Part shown: one piece after another, positions 1-10,189 of the stretch
How the letters are laid out: each line of letters begins with the position of its first letter
Numbering within the stretch: the stretch's first letter is position 1
Assembly: GCA_044376115.1 (NCBI GenBank)
Contig: JBILLK010000014.1
Span: 32,001 to 96,000 of the forward strand
DNA length: 64,000 bases
Source: Polyangiaceae bacterium
Lineage (GTDB): Bacteria > Myxococcota_A > Polyangia > Polyangiales > Polyangiaceae
Direction: 5' to 3'
The notes under the pieces: generated by a model
Told to the model about the DNA's origin: nothing
The model's input: only the letters and a program-made list of their open reading frames with translations
Databases searched by the model: none
Program-made: the position numbers and the translations under genes

Positions 1-24
1 GCCACCCTCATGGGCACCCGGGTC

Positions 25-1065
25 CTAGTCCCGGCGCAACACCGTGCCACCCCAGTCACGACCGGGAACCCCCACCACCACCTCCTGAACGGTGTGGTCG
101 TTGTACGGCATAGGCAAATACAAGGCGTCGATGCGAAATCCGCCGGCTCCATTGCCGAACACGGCGCCGTGCCCGTATTGCGTTGGGTCGGCCGACCAGT
201 CCACGAACACCGAGACGTCGCCCCCCGGAGTGACCTTGAACAGCTGCGACGACGAAAAGTTCGCAACGTAGAGGTTGCCGCATACGTCGGTGGCCACGCC
301 ATCAATCCACACCTTTTCCTCGGAGAGCTCCGCAAACGGCAATAGCTCCGAGGTCGCGTTGAGATCCTCGTCCAACTCCACCACACGAATGTCGCCTGCC
401 GATACCCCAGTCATACCGACGTATAGTTTTCGAAGGTCCGGACTGAAGTCGAATACGTGGGCGTACGCTCCGGAGGCCAGATCCGGAACGCCCACCACCG
501 TTTGTGCCAAGCCAGTTATGCCGTTGAGTCGGCGAATCGCGGTGGCCTCAGCGAGGTAGATGCGACTGTCTGGTCCAATCCGCAGACCATACCCGTATAC
601 CTCGGAGTTGATGGTGTATCGCTGAGCATCAGGCGTTATCCCTAAGACCCCTTCGGGCGCCGCCAAAATGAGGTGGCCCGAGCCATTGAAGGCGATCTGC
701 TCGGCGAAGACGTTGGCCAAGTATGGAGACCAGGCACCGTCATACGTCGACCGAATCAAGTTGTTCGAAGAGTCGAGGCCAAACACCTCCCCGGACGGCG
801 TAAAAGCCAAACCGTGATAGCCGCGGGGCCCCGAGAGCACCTTGACCGAACTGGGTGCATCCGGCGCTAACAGACAATCAAACGACCCGCCAGCACCTCC
901 GCCCCCGGTGGTACTCGCGGCCGCCACACCCCCTTCACCGCCTAGCCCGCCGGCGCCACCACTCGGGACGCCGCCCTGGCCACCCGTTGTCGGTGGCTGA
1001 GAATCGGAGCAAGCAACGAGTGCCAGCCACAGCGCAAAGAGAGACCTCACGTCGCTAGGATGCAC
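25..1065 (-). CDS. Beta-propeller lipoprotein (SMP-30/gluconolactonase/NHL-like)
   Basis: Lipobox-like LALVAC, Gly-rich linker, repeated propeller motifs (GLAFTPSG, GLRIGPDSRIY, DGVATDVCGNLYVANF). Start set at GTG 1065 because the ORF-track start (1146) overlaps the TolC gene. Confidence 0.7.
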   Translation of the reverse strand: MHPSDVRSLFALWLALVACSDSQPPTTGGQGGVPSGGAGGLGGEGGVAAASTTGGGGAGGSFDCLLAPDAPSSVKVLSGPRGYHGLAFTPSGEVFGLDSSNNLIRSTYDGAWSPYLANVFAEQIAFNGSGHLILAAPEGVLGITPDAQRYTINSEVYGYGLRIGPDSRIYLAEATAIRRLNGITGLAQTVVGVPDLASGAYAHVFDFSPDLRKLYVGMTGVSAGDIRVVELDEDLNATSELLPFAELSEEKVWIDGVATDVCGNLYVANFSSSQLFKVTPGGDVSVFVDWSADPTQYGHGAVFGNGAGGFRIDALYLPMPYNDHTVQEVVVGVPGRDWGGTVLRRD

Positions 1066-1102
1066 TGAGCGGGAGCCACCGCCAAGGCTGGGGCTTGAAA
1101 AG

Positions 1103-2581
1103 CTATCTCCCCGCCCGAACGCTGCTTGGATCGGCGTTCGTACCAACTGCGGCCGTAAGCAATACGCGAGCGCGGTGGTACTCGAACAAGGCGTCTACTT
1201 CACGGAGCCCGGCCTCGAGTGCGGTCTGCTCCCGCAGGTTGACGAACAACAAGCTCGAGTCACCAAGCTCAAACTTGTCTCGCTCCGCTTGCATCAGCAC
1301 CCGCGCAACGTCCACCTCTTCGTGCGCAATCGATACTCGCTTGCGACTGAACTCCACAGCGTTGGCGGCATCTCGCACATCCGTTGCAATCCTCTCGGCG
1401 GTGAAAGCAGACTGCGCTTCTGCTCGCGCGATTTGCGCCTCTGCCGCCTTGACCCGCCCATCAGCCACATTCCGCTCAATAGGAATGTCGACCAATAGCG
1501 AAAGCTCCAACTCGAACGGGCTTCGTTTGTCGGACCCTTCACCCAGATCTTGCGACCCCAACACAGTAAAATCGATCGCCGGTGCCCGTTGATTCCCCGC
1601 CCACTCGCGCTCCACGAGCGACTGATCGCGTTGCCCACGCAACCGACTCAACTCCGGCCTTCGCGCCAGCGCGTCGGAGATCGTCGCTTGTTCGGCAAAC
1701 ACTTCGGGAACCGGCTTGGGCAGGTTCGCTGGCAAGTCCTTGGCTGAAAGCACGATCGGCTGACCGTCCTTGCTTCGATAATAGAGAGATAACTCGAAGG
1801 CCGCCTGGGCGAGGCTGCGCTCGGCAGCAACGACCTGCTGCTTACGCTGCAGAATCACGCGTGAATTCTCGATCACCTCGACTTCGGGCAAATCTCCGGC
1901 CAGCGCACGCGCTCGAATGGCTAAGTCGCGTTCCTCGGCGATCGCCAACATCTCGCGAACCAACGTCAAGCGCCGGCCGGCCGCTGCCCACTCCCAATAC
2001 CGAAGAGCTGCCAACCGAGCGAGCTCAATCTGCCGCTCTGCGACGCTGAGCTCCGCGAATTGCGCACCGATCTCGGCGCGTTCGATGTTTGCGCGCCGCC
2101 GGTCGATCGGACCGTTGCGCCAAATCGGGAGAATGGCCCCCGCTCGCACCTCTCCAGCCTCGTTGGTTATCTGTTTACCATCATAATCGGCAAAGGAGTC
2201 ACTACCCCAGCGGTAGCCGCCAAACAGGGTCAATCCCCAATAAGGAGTGGGCACCTCAATCACTGTATCGATACGGCCAGAGGGGTAACCGCCAAGCGGG
2301 ATGACTGTCCCGCGTGTTCGCCATGCGACGTCAAACGCGCCTTCCGCGGATTGAAGATCGCCGTCAGCCATCCCTCGCTCGCGCGCGGCGGCGTCGAGCA
2401 ACGGGTGTCGCGCATCGAGCGTAGCAAGGACGTCCTCCCAAGTAACCGCGGGGCTCACTGTTTGCGCCGTAGCCGTCTCAACGACGGTTATCGGGGTATC
2501 CAATGCGGGGGCTTCCTGGGCGCGCGCCGTAAAAGTCACAGCGCCTACACAAGCTGTCGCGAGCACACTAACGAGCTTCAT
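1103..2581 (-). CDS. TolC-family outer membrane efflux protein
   Basis: Signal peptide MKLVSVLATAC, two OEP-like helical repeats (ERDKFELGDSSLLFVNLRE). ATG overlaps the HlyD stop (TGATG). Confidence 0.9.
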   Translation of the reverse strand: MKLVSVLATACVGAVTFTARAQEAPALDTPITVVETATAQTVSPAVTWEDVLATLDARHPLLDAAARERGMADGDLQSAEGAFDVAWRTRGTVIPLGGYPSGRIDTVIEVPTPYWGLTLFGGYRWGSDSFADYDGKQITNEAGEVRAGAILPIWRNGPIDRRRANIERAEIGAQFAELSVAERQIELARLAALRYWEWAAAGRRLTLVREMLAIAEERDLAIRARALAGDLPEVEVIENSRVILQRKQQVVAAERSLAQAAFELSLYYRSKDGQPIVLSAKDLPANLPKPVPEVFAEQATISDALARRPELSRLRGQRDQSLVEREWAGNQRAPAIDFTVLGSQDLGEGSDKRSPFELELSLLVDIPIERNVADGRVKAAEAQIARAEAQSAFTAERIATDVRDAANAVEFSRKRVSIAHEEVDVARVLMQAERDKFELGDSSLLFVNLREQTALEAGLREVDALFEYHRARVLLTAAVGTNADPSSVRAGR

Positions 2582-3921
2582 CACTTCTTCGTATCCCCGC
2601 TTTTCTTTCCGCCCGTTGCATAGGCTTGAGTCGGTGGTTCGCTCAAGTTGGGCGGGAAGCCGTTGAACTGTCGCCAAAGCTCCCAACCAAGTGGGACCTC
2701 CTCCATCAGGATCCAGCCGTTGGCCCTAACGCCTTGGCGTAGGTAGGCCCCGCTCGGCCAAAGCTCGCCCTCTGTTGGCACGACCAACACTCGGAACTTC
2801 CCCTTGCCGTCGTCGGTTGCGTCAACCAGCGCTACTTCTCCCCCAAACGTTCCAACGGCAACCGAAGGCCAGCCCCCAAACTGCACCGCCGGCCACCCCT
2901 CGAACTGCAGGCGCACGCGTCGTCCCTCATGAACGAGCGGAACGTCGTTACCGTCGATCCAAAGCTCGACCGCTCGCGCGTCGGTATCGGGTACGAGCAC
3001 GGCGAGAGGGTCTCCCGACTTCACCTGCTCGCTACCCTGGTTAGCGACGAGCCGAAGCACCACGCCATCTCTTGGGGCGACGACGGCTTGGGTGCTCTGC
3101 CGCGCCAAGCGTACATCAATGCGCGATAGCTCCGCTTCAGCGTTGGCCTGCTCCGCCTTTGCTGAGGCTAGGTTGGCTTCAGCATCCTCGACCAGCGCTG
3201 AACCGTCTGAACGGACCTTTAGGCCATCGCTCTGAACTGCAAACACGTCACTCTCAGCCGCGCGCAAAGAGGCACGAGCTCGATCGAGATCGGTTAGCGC
3301 ACGCGCATGATCGAGTTGGGCCAACTCGAGACTGCGCCGGGAAGCGATGCCTTTGCTTTCGAGTTCGACCTGCCTTGCGATGTTAGCCGTCGCGACCTTC
3401 TCGGTCGCAAGAGATGCCTCTACGGCTTGTTCGGCAGCTAGCTCCCTTTGAACCGCCATCGCGATCCTCGAGTTGGCGGCATTGATGGCGCTCTCGCGTG
3501 ATGCTTTGAGTGCAGTCACCCGTTTCTCGATACTTCCCTGCCGACTTACTGCGGCGGCGATGCGAGACTCCACTGCGGTGCGCTCTGCCTGAAGGCGGGT
3601 AAGCATCAGCGGGTCATTGTCCGAAATATCAACGACAGGATCTCCCGCCGAAACTCGTGAGCCCTCGCGGACGTGCCAGCGCAGGATCCGGCCCTCGATT
3701 GGAGCCTCAATCAGCTGCTGTCGCTCGAGCGGCGCGTAGGCGACGACGCGGCCGGTACCAGTCGAGTTCTGAACCCAAGGGATGAACGCCAGCGCAAGGC
3801 CGGTCACCACCAGCAACAAGGACAAGATCCGCGCGAGTAGATGGGTGCTGGGGCGCGACCGCACCCGACGCATCGCAGAGGTTCGCTCTAAGTGGCTATC
3901 AGACTTGCTCACGGCACTCAT
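2581..3921 (-). CDS. HlyD-family membrane fusion protein
   Basis: N-terminal TM, biotinyl-lipoyl-like IEAPIEGRILRWHVREG, long coiled coil, VRLQFEGWPAVQFGGWP. ATGA overlap with the ABC gene. Confidence 0.92.
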   Translation of the reverse strand: MSAVSKSDSHLERTSAMRRVRSRPSTHLLARILSLLLVVTGLALAFIPWVQNSTGTGRVVAYAPLERQQLIEAPIEGRILRWHVREGSRVSAGDPVVDISDNDPLMLTRLQAERTAVESRIAAAVSRQGSIEKRVTALKASRESAINAANSRIAMAVQRELAAEQAVEASLATEKVATANIARQVELESKGIASRRSLELAQLDHARALTDLDRARASLRAAESDVFAVQSDGLKVRSDGSALVEDAEANLASAKAEQANAEAELSRIDVRLARQSTQAVVAPRDGVVLRLVANQGSEQVKSGDPLAVLVPDTDARAVELWIDGNDVPLVHEGRRVRLQFEGWPAVQFGGWPSVAVGTFGGEVALVDATDDGKGKFRVLVVPTEGELWPSGAYLRQGVRANGWILMEEVPLGWELWRQFNGFPPNLSEPPTQAYATGGKKSGDTKK

Positions 3922-6035
3922 CGGAGCTCCTTGGGCGGGATCGTCGCGGTCGCTCGTCGTCCTATGACCTGTTGACGGTCACAGAAGCTCGCCACACTCT
4001 CGAGACCCGTCAGCACGAGCAACGTGGTCCTTCCTTTACACACTGTTTGCAAACACGCCTCCAAGTCGTGTAACGAGCCCTCCTCCAAACCGTCGAGTAA
4101 GCCGTCTATCACCAACAGGCGAGGCTTGCCGGAGAGCACGCGTGCGAGCATCAACCGCTGCGCCTGTCCCAACGAAAGTGGATTACCGCCCGCAAGGAGC
4201 CGCGTCCGCACCCCATTGGGCAGGCGGGCTACAGCATCGCTCAAGCCCACTGCGGCGAGCGCAGCGTGAACGTCCGACGGCGAGACATCGGGCCGCCAGA
4301 GAGCCACATTGTCGTAAAGCGTACCGTCGAAGATCTCCACGTCACGCACCAGTCCGATATGTCGGCGAAGCTCGTTCAAGCCGAGTTCTCGGACGTCCAC
4401 GCCATCCACGAGGATGGACCCGCGAGAGACCGTCCGGAGCCCAAAGATGATGTCAGCAAGGGCGCTCTTCCCAGCGCCATGATTGCCAAAGACTGCCACC
4501 CGTTCCCCTGGAGCGACCGAGATCGAAAAGTCGTCAAATACAGGTGCCCGACCCGCGTGGGCGAATCGAACCGAGGTCAGATCGAGTTTGGCTGGGCCTG
4601 AGAACGGGAGGCTGCGCGTCGAGCCCTCCCCTTCCAGAGGGAGGTCGGTGACGCTACCGATCTTCTCGAGCGAAGTACGCAAGTCATAGAAACTCTCGAG
4701 GTGTTTACCCAGCTTCGCCACGCCAGCAACGACGCTGGTCACCACTAGCTCAGCCGCGACGAGCTGTCCGACTGTCAATTGGCCCTCGAGAACCAGCAGG
4801 CCGCCTATAGCCAGTAGCGAAGCGCTGGCAACAGCCTGAAGCACGACCGCGCCGACAATCTGCCTAAATAATATTGCAAAATGCTCCCGGCGCATTGACA
4901 AGTAGCGCGAAGCGAGGTCGTCCGCCCTTTCGAGCGCGGCCTCTTGGTTCATGCGAAACGCAATCGGGCTCCGGGCAACGTCCTCCAGCCAGGCTACGAG
5001 CTCATACTTGGCCGCGGACTCTTCCAAGCTCGTCGGCACCGCCTTGCGCCCCATGCCCCAGACAATCGTGCCCACCGCGATGATGAGCACGAAGTCGAAC
5101 GCCAACAAGAACGGGTGATAAAACGCCAGTAGCACCATGCCGACGACCGCCTGGAGCACAAGCAGCGATCCGTCGAGCAAGAGTGAACTCACCGCCTTCT
5201 GCGCGGTGATCACGTCGAAGAAACGGTTGACCTTTTCGGGCGCGTGAACGCGATCGAAGGCGTCCACCTTGATACGTGGCAAGCGGTACGCAAACTCGGT
5301 CGCGGCACGAACAAAGAGCCGCTCCTGCACCCGCTCGACGACTCGGGCCTGCAGCGCGCGCATCAGCCCATTGAAGGCGAGGCAAGCCAGGACGAGCAGC
5401 GTCAACATGATCAGCGGCTGGACGAGGGCGCCAAACACCACCGTGTTGACCACAGCCTGAACCGCCACCGGCACTGCCAGCGCAGTGAGTCCGATGAACG
5501 ACGCATAAACGAGCACCGAGAGCAGGTCCTCGCGCTCCAGTCGCATCAACGACAGAAGCCGCTCGATTCCGCCATGACCGTGATGGCCGTGGTCATCGCC
5601 GCTGCTGCCTTCTCCACGGTGGGTCAACGGGAGCGCCAGCTCGGCCGCTGCGCAGCTCAGCGCCTCGCTGTCCGAGGCGACCCCAGCCTCCTGCTGAAAC
5701 TCACGCACGGACAGCCAGCGGCTCTCACCGTCCTCGGTCCAAACAGAAATCCGCTGAGCCCGCACGTCTCGCACGAGCAGCGGCCCTTGGCCTGACCGCT
5801 CCACGACAAGCGGAAGCTCATGGCCGGAAAGCCTGGCGATCGCGCCCGCAGAAAGAGAAAGTGGCACGATGCGCAGGCCCAACACCCCAGCGCGCTTTGC
5901 CAAAAGATCGATGGTTGTACTCTCGTCCTCCTCGATGGGTCGCCGGGAAACACTACGTAGTAGTTCAGGGTCAAGCTGATGGTGCAGCGGCGCAGCGAGA
6001 CTCTCAAACAAATACGGAAGCGAGTTGTCCTTCAT
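3918..6035 (-). CDS. Type I secretion ABC transporter (C39-like + TMD + degenerate NBD)
   Basis: Multi-TM ABC membrane domain, Walker A GNHGAGKS, signature LSLGQ, Walker B LLVIDG lacking Glu. SD-like GAAGGA upstream. Confidence 0.9.
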   Translation of the reverse strand: MKDNSLPYLFESLAAPLHHQLDPELLRSVSRRPIEEDESTTIDLLAKRAGVLGLRIVPLSLSAGAIARLSGHELPLVVERSGQGPLLVRDVRAQRISVWTEDGESRWLSVREFQQEAGVASDSEALSCAAAELALPLTHRGEGSSGDDHGHHGHGGIERLLSLMRLEREDLLSVLVYASFIGLTALAVPVAVQAVVNTVVFGALVQPLIMLTLLVLACLAFNGLMRALQARVVERVQERLFVRAATEFAYRLPRIKVDAFDRVHAPEKVNRFFDVITAQKAVSSLLLDGSLLVLQAVVGMVLLAFYHPFLLAFDFVLIIAVGTIVWGMGRKAVPTSLEESAAKYELVAWLEDVARSPIAFRMNQEAALERADDLASRYLSMRREHFAILFRQIVGAVVLQAVASASLLAIGGLLVLEGQLTVGQLVAAELVVTSVVAGVAKLGKHLESFYDLRTSLEKIGSVTDLPLEGEGSTRSLPFSGPAKLDLTSVRFAHAGRAPVFDDFSISVAPGERVAVFGNHGAGKSALADIIFGLRTVSRGSILVDGVDVRELGLNELRRHIGLVRDVEIFDGTLYDNVALWRPDVSPSDVHAALAAVGLSDAVARLPNGVRTRLLAGGNPLSLGQAQRLMLARVLSGKPRLLVIDGLLDGLEEGSLHDLEACLQTVCKGRTTLLVLTGLESVASFCDRQQVIGRRATATIPPKELR

Positions 6036-6060
6036 TTATCCTTCGCGCAAGCGCCCTGTC

Positions 6061-6132
6061 TGATGACCACGCGGCGCACTCTAGCCCGAACCTGTCGGAG
6101 GCTTGAAGGTCATCACGCCGTGCGAGATGACC
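6061..6132. promoter_or_regulatory. Candidate operator: three GATGACC half-sites, including a 25-bp imperfect palindrome
   Basis: GGTCATC-a-cgc-cgt-gcg-a-GATGACC at 6108-6132 plus TGATGACC at 6061-6068, in the divergent intergenic region. Confidence 0.35.
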
Positions 6133-6344
6133 ATTTGATTTTCTCGAATGGTGGATGCGTAGAGACCTTGTTGTGGTCCGCACTCGGGAATGTTCTCCAG
6201 GCCATGAAGAATCGCCTACCATACCGCATGCATCGTTCAAGGCGCCTGAGCAGCTCCGATATCTCGGCTCCCACAGAACCGCGCCAGGCCGGAACGCGCG
6301 CGCGTCCACTGCGAACCGCATGAGCCAATGCTACCTCTGACCGC

Positions 6345-8315
6345 ATGAGCCACCCGTTGGCTGCAAAGCGTCGGCTGAGACGGGAGCGTTCAACGGGCAA
6401 GGTTGGGCCTCGGTGTCGCTTGGGTTGGCTGAGCATGCTCGCCCCAACCCTCACCCTGCTAGCTCTTGACGTGCTGCTCCGGGGCCGAGCCATTCTAGAG
6501 TTTCGCTGGTTCGCCAACGCGAACTCCGTTGTGGAAAGGTTACGGGGCGCACACGCACTTTCGTATTCGCTCAGCCTGCTTCACAGCGCCTTGCTGTGGG
6601 GGTCGCTCTTGACCTTAGCGAGCTCACGGCGTGGCTCGCTACGCCACGTCTCCGGCATTGGCTTCGTAGCGCTGTTCGCGACCCTGTATGGCGCGCAGCT
6701 CGCCTTTCATACCCGTTGGCACACCTACCTGACGCGCGACGCAACCGAACTCAGCGCTCACCCGCTCTGGGCTGTCCTCGGCAGTCACCGCGGCCAGCCT
6801 GGTCGCCTGTGGCCGGTCGTGCTCGGGCTGGCGATTGCGACGCTCACCGTGGCGGTCGCTCGCAAGTTCGTCAGGCCGAACCGACGCGCTCGTCGACGGG
6901 CGGCAGTGACCCTGGGAGTTTCGCTGATCGGCGCGCTCCTTATCCCCGTTAGCTACCGCGATCACCAAGCCACATCCCCCGACCTCCTATGGCTGAATGC
7001 GGCAGCACGAGCCGCGAGCGGCCCCGAAGCAGAACGGAGTGGCATGTCGAGTGTGCAACTCCGTGCCCCTCGGGTAGTGCCAGCGCTCGACCCAGCCCCA
7101 GCTCGCCAGCGCAACGTTGTGCTCCTACTGCAGGAGAGTCAGCGCGCAGACGTTACCTGCATTGCCTATAATCCCAACTGCAAACTTGCAACACAAGCGA
7201 CCAACCTCGCGGTACCGCAGCGGCTGCCCCTGGAGAACGTTCGCTCCAACGCTAGCGTCACCACGATCGGCATGGGTGTGCTCTTGACTGGCCTACCTCC
7301 TACAGCGCCTGCTGCACAGATAGCCGGCGCTCCCAACCTATTTGAGTATGCCCACGCAGCAGGCTACGACACCGCCTACTTCACTTCACAACATCTCATT
7401 TTCGCCAATATGTGGTTAGCGGTCCAGGACATCCCTTCAGGGCGACTCTTGCTCGCGTCGCACTTGGACCCGAGCCCCGACATGTTCACCGGCGCGAGTG
7501 ACGCTGCGCTGTCCCAACGAGTGCAACAGGAACTACAATCTCTGCAGGAACCGTTCTTCGCCGTCGTGCATTTTTCTAACGTTCACGCGCCCCGCCGCTC
7601 GTTCGCGGAAGTCGGCCCTTTCCTTCCTGCGTCAGACAGCAAGGAGAACAAAGAGGCGTACTTTAATAACTACAAGAGCAGCGTCTACGAGTCGGACACA
7701 GCCGTAGCGGAGCTCATCCGAAGTATTCAAAGGACTCCCGCCGGCGCCCGCACCGTCTTGCTTTACACATCAGACCACGGGGAATCGATCTCGGAGCACG
7801 GCCAGGGCTGTGACCACGGATGTAGCCTTTTTGAGGAAGACGTCCGCGTTCCAGCCTGGGTCGACGCGCCCCTGGGGACTCTCTCGGCGAGCGAGCAAGA
7901 GAGCCTTGAGGCTGCACGCAACGAATACGTGTTTCATCTGGACTTCGCTCCAACCGTGCTCGACCTCCTTGGGCTTTGGGACCTGCCGGCCCTCGCGAAT
8001 GAACGACGAAACATGCCGGGGAGCCCCCTCACGCGCCCAGCGCCGCGAGATACCGTCGTCCCGCTCAGCAACGTCGCCCACTACTGGGAGCGAGGACTTC
8101 CTAGCTTTGGATTGATGCGCCGGAACCACAAGCTGATCGGTAGGCATAGAGACCCTGGCTACGCCTGCTACGACCTGGCGAGCGACCCATTGGAGACCAG
8201 CCCCACGAGCGACGACTGTGGAGGCTTGCTCGAGATGGCAAAGGGCCTATACCATGTTGCGCCTAGCGACTTTGACCGGCTGCAGAACCACCCGCAGTGG
8301 GGGATTGATCACTAA
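6345..8315 (+). CDS. Membrane-anchored sulfatase-like hydrolase/transferase (LTA synthase/pEtN transferase family)
   Basis: About 5 N-terminal TMs, then an alkaline-phosphatase-superfamily domain: LLLQESQR, NASVTT, VHAP, YTSDHGE. The start may be ATG 6435. Confidence 0.8.
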   Translation: MSHPLAAKRRLRRERSTGKVGPRCRLGWLSMLAPTLTLLALDVLLRGRAILEFRWFANANSVVERLRGAHALSYSLSLLHSALLWGSLLTLASSRRGSLRHVSGIGFVALFATLYGAQLAFHTRWHTYLTRDATELSAHPLWAVLGSHRGQPGRLWPVVLGLAIATLTVAVARKFVRPNRRARRRAAVTLGVSLIGALLIPVSYRDHQATSPDLLWLNAAARAASGPEAERSGMSSVQLRAPRVVPALDPAPARQRNVVLLLQESQRADVTCIAYNPNCKLATQATNLAVPQRLPLENVRSNASVTTIGMGVLLTGLPPTAPAAQIAGAPNLFEYAHAAGYDTAYFTSQHLIFANMWLAVQDIPSGRLLLASHLDPSPDMFTGASDAALSQRVQQELQSLQEPFFAVVHFSNVHAPRRSFAEVGPFLPASDSKENKEAYFNNYKSSVYESDTAVAELIRSIQRTPAGARTVLLYTSDHGESISEHGQGCDHGCSLFEEDVRVPAWVDAPLGTLSASEQESLEAARNEYVFHLDFAPTVLDLLGLWDLPALANERRNMPGSPLTRPAPRDTVVPLSNVAHYWERGLPSFGLMRRNHKLIGRHRDPGYACYDLASDPLETSPTSDDCGGLLEMAKGLYHVAPSDFDRLQNHPQWGIDH

Positions 8316-8340
8316 GCCGAAATCGGGGCTAAAGCGACCC

Positions 8341-9360
8341 TCATGGCATGAATACGCGGCCGGTTGCTACGTAACGTTGCATGCTTCGTACGCTGACCTT
8401 GAGCCGCGCCGCCGCCCGAGCCTTGTTCCCTTCTTCGAGGGCTAGCGCCGCCGCAACGAGTTGACGGGTAATCGCCTCGAGCCCGTCATCCACATTCACC
8501 GTTACCCGACTATCCAAAGGTTTCGGGTCGCCGGCAGGCCCTTCTTCGACACGAATCACCTCCAGAAGGTCTGCAACGCGCACGCTACGACCTGCACGCA
8601 AGAGGCACATGGTCTCCACCACATTGCGCAGCTGCCGAACATTCCCTGGCCAGTCATAGCGAAGCAACAGCGTCTGCGCCGGGCGACTAAACCGAGGGGG
8701 AGGCACACTATGTTTCCCTGACAGCTGAGAAACGAACTGGGACAAGAGCGGAGCGATGTCTGCGCGTCGCTCGCGCAAAGGCGGAACGTTCAGGGTGATA
8801 CCTTGTATTCGATAATAGAGATCAGCGCGAAACCGGCCTTCATGCACCTCGCGCTCGAGAGGCCTAAGCGTGGCGAACATCAACCGTACGTCGGCTTCGA
8901 TCTTGATAGCGCCGCCTACACGCATATAGCGTCGGTTCTCGAGGAACCGGAGCAGCTTCGCCTGCATCGCCAAGGGCATCTCGCCGATCTCATCGAGCAA
9001 TAACGTCCCTCCCTCGGCGGCCTCCACCTTACCCTTTGCGCGCTCGGTTGGGCCCGTAAACGCGCCGCGCTCGTGACCAAATAGCTCGCTCTCGAACAGG
9101 TTCTCCGGGATAGCGGCGCAGTTGATCGGGATAAACGGACCTTTGCGGCGCGCTGATAGCTCATGCGCGCGTCGCGCAAGGACCTCTTTCCCGGCCCCGC
9201 TCTCGCCAATGAGCGTAAGAGTTACCTCCTTAGCGGCGACCAGACGCAGGACCTTGTCGGCCTTTCGCATCGCAAGCGAATGCATTACCGGCGCAAACAC
9301 CACGTCAGGCTGTCGCTTTCTTCCGGTCACGACCGCCTTCGTAGCACGCCTGGGGCGCAA
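8341..9360 (-). CDS. Sigma54-dependent activator (AAA+ and Fis HTH, no N-terminal sensor)
   Basis: [49 protein letters not shown]-terminal [13 protein letters not shown]. Confidence 0.92.
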   Translation of the reverse strand: MRPRRATKAVVTGRKRQPDVVFAPVMHSLAMRKADKVLRLVAAKEVTLTLIGESGAGKEVLARRAHELSARRKGPFIPINCAAIPENLFESELFGHERGAFTGPTERAKGKVEAAEGGTLLLDEIGEMPLAMQAKLLRFLENRRYMRVGGAIKIEADVRLMFATLRPLEREVHEGRFRADLYYRIQGITLNVPPLRERRADIAPLLSQFVSQLSGKHSVPPPRFSRPAQTLLLRYDWPGNVRQLRNVVETMCLLRAGRSVRVADLLEVIRVEEGPAGDPKPLDSRVTVNVDDGLEAITRQLVAAALALEEGNKARAAARLKVSVRSMQRYVATGRVFMP

Positions 9361-9439
9361 CGTGGATCCCTACTATGCAATGCAACCTTGCAGCTCGGGC
9401 AATGGGCCGAACTGGCGGGCTGGTGAGCCAGCTGGCCCG

Positions 9440-10189
9440 CTAATGGACGCCCAGGAAGTCCAAGATGGCGTGAATGAACGTCAATGGGTGCGGTGGACAA
9501 CCAGGGACAAGCAGACTCGGCCCTACCTGATCGAAGAACGCGCGGTCTACCCCGTCCCCATCTCGGTAAAGGCCGCCCGAGATCGCACAGGCGCCCACCG
9601 CCACAACAAACTTTGGCGCTGGCATACTCTCCCACGCGAGCCGAATGGCCTGCCTCATATTACTTGTGAGTGGGCCAGTGACGACCAACGCGTCGGCATG
9701 TCTGGGTGAAGCGACCCACTCAATTCCGTAACGCTGCAGGTCGAAGTTCACGTTCGCCACAGCATTCAGTTCAAGCTCACAAGCGTTGCAGCCGCCAGCG
9801 GACACTTGCCGCATCTTCAATGAGCGCCCAAAGATTGAGGCCACGCTCGCCGCAGCGATCGGCGGGAGGCCAGAGTCCCCCGCGGTCACTAAAAGGTCCT
9901 CTCTGCGAACGCTGCCCATACGCGTCTCTTCGCTAAAGGAAATCTTCTGAACCGGGCAACCGTCAGCGCAGGCATTGCAAAACACACAGGCGCCGAGGTC
10001 CAAACGAACGGGGCCCACTGAAATAGCCTGCGTGGGACACGCGTCTTTACAGCGCACGCAGTCAACTTCGCAGTCATCAGACTTGATGACCGGGAGCCCA
10101 CGGAAACCGCGCGGAACCGCCGCGCGCAGATCCTTGATGACAGGACTTCCTTGCGCCACTCGAACCCGGAGGGACTTGATTAAGCTCAC
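9440..10189 (-). CDS. Ehr/hydrogenase-4 small subunit: 2x[4Fe-4S] ferredoxin fused to NuoB-like domain (HyfH+HyfI-like)
   Basis: CVRCKDACP and CVFCNACADGCP, then GGCNAC, SPRHAD, VGAC, PGCPP. Confidence 0.9.
   Translation of the reverse strand: MSLIKSLRVRVAQGSPVIKDLRAAVPRGFRGLPVIKSDDCEVDCVRCKDACPTQAISVGPVRLDLGACVFCNACADGCPVQKISFSEETRMGSVRREDLLVTAGDSGLPPIAAASVASIFGRSLKMRQVSAGGCNACELELNAVANVNFDLQRYGIEWVASPRHADALVVTGPLTSNMRQAIRLAWESMPAPKFVVAVGACAISGGLYRDGDGVDRAFFDQVGPSLLVPGCPPHPLTFIHAILDFLGVH

Noticed and set aside
6004..6517. Short ORFs in the ABC/sulfatase intergenic region
   Set aside because: They overlap real genes, are Arg/Ser-rich and show no motifs.
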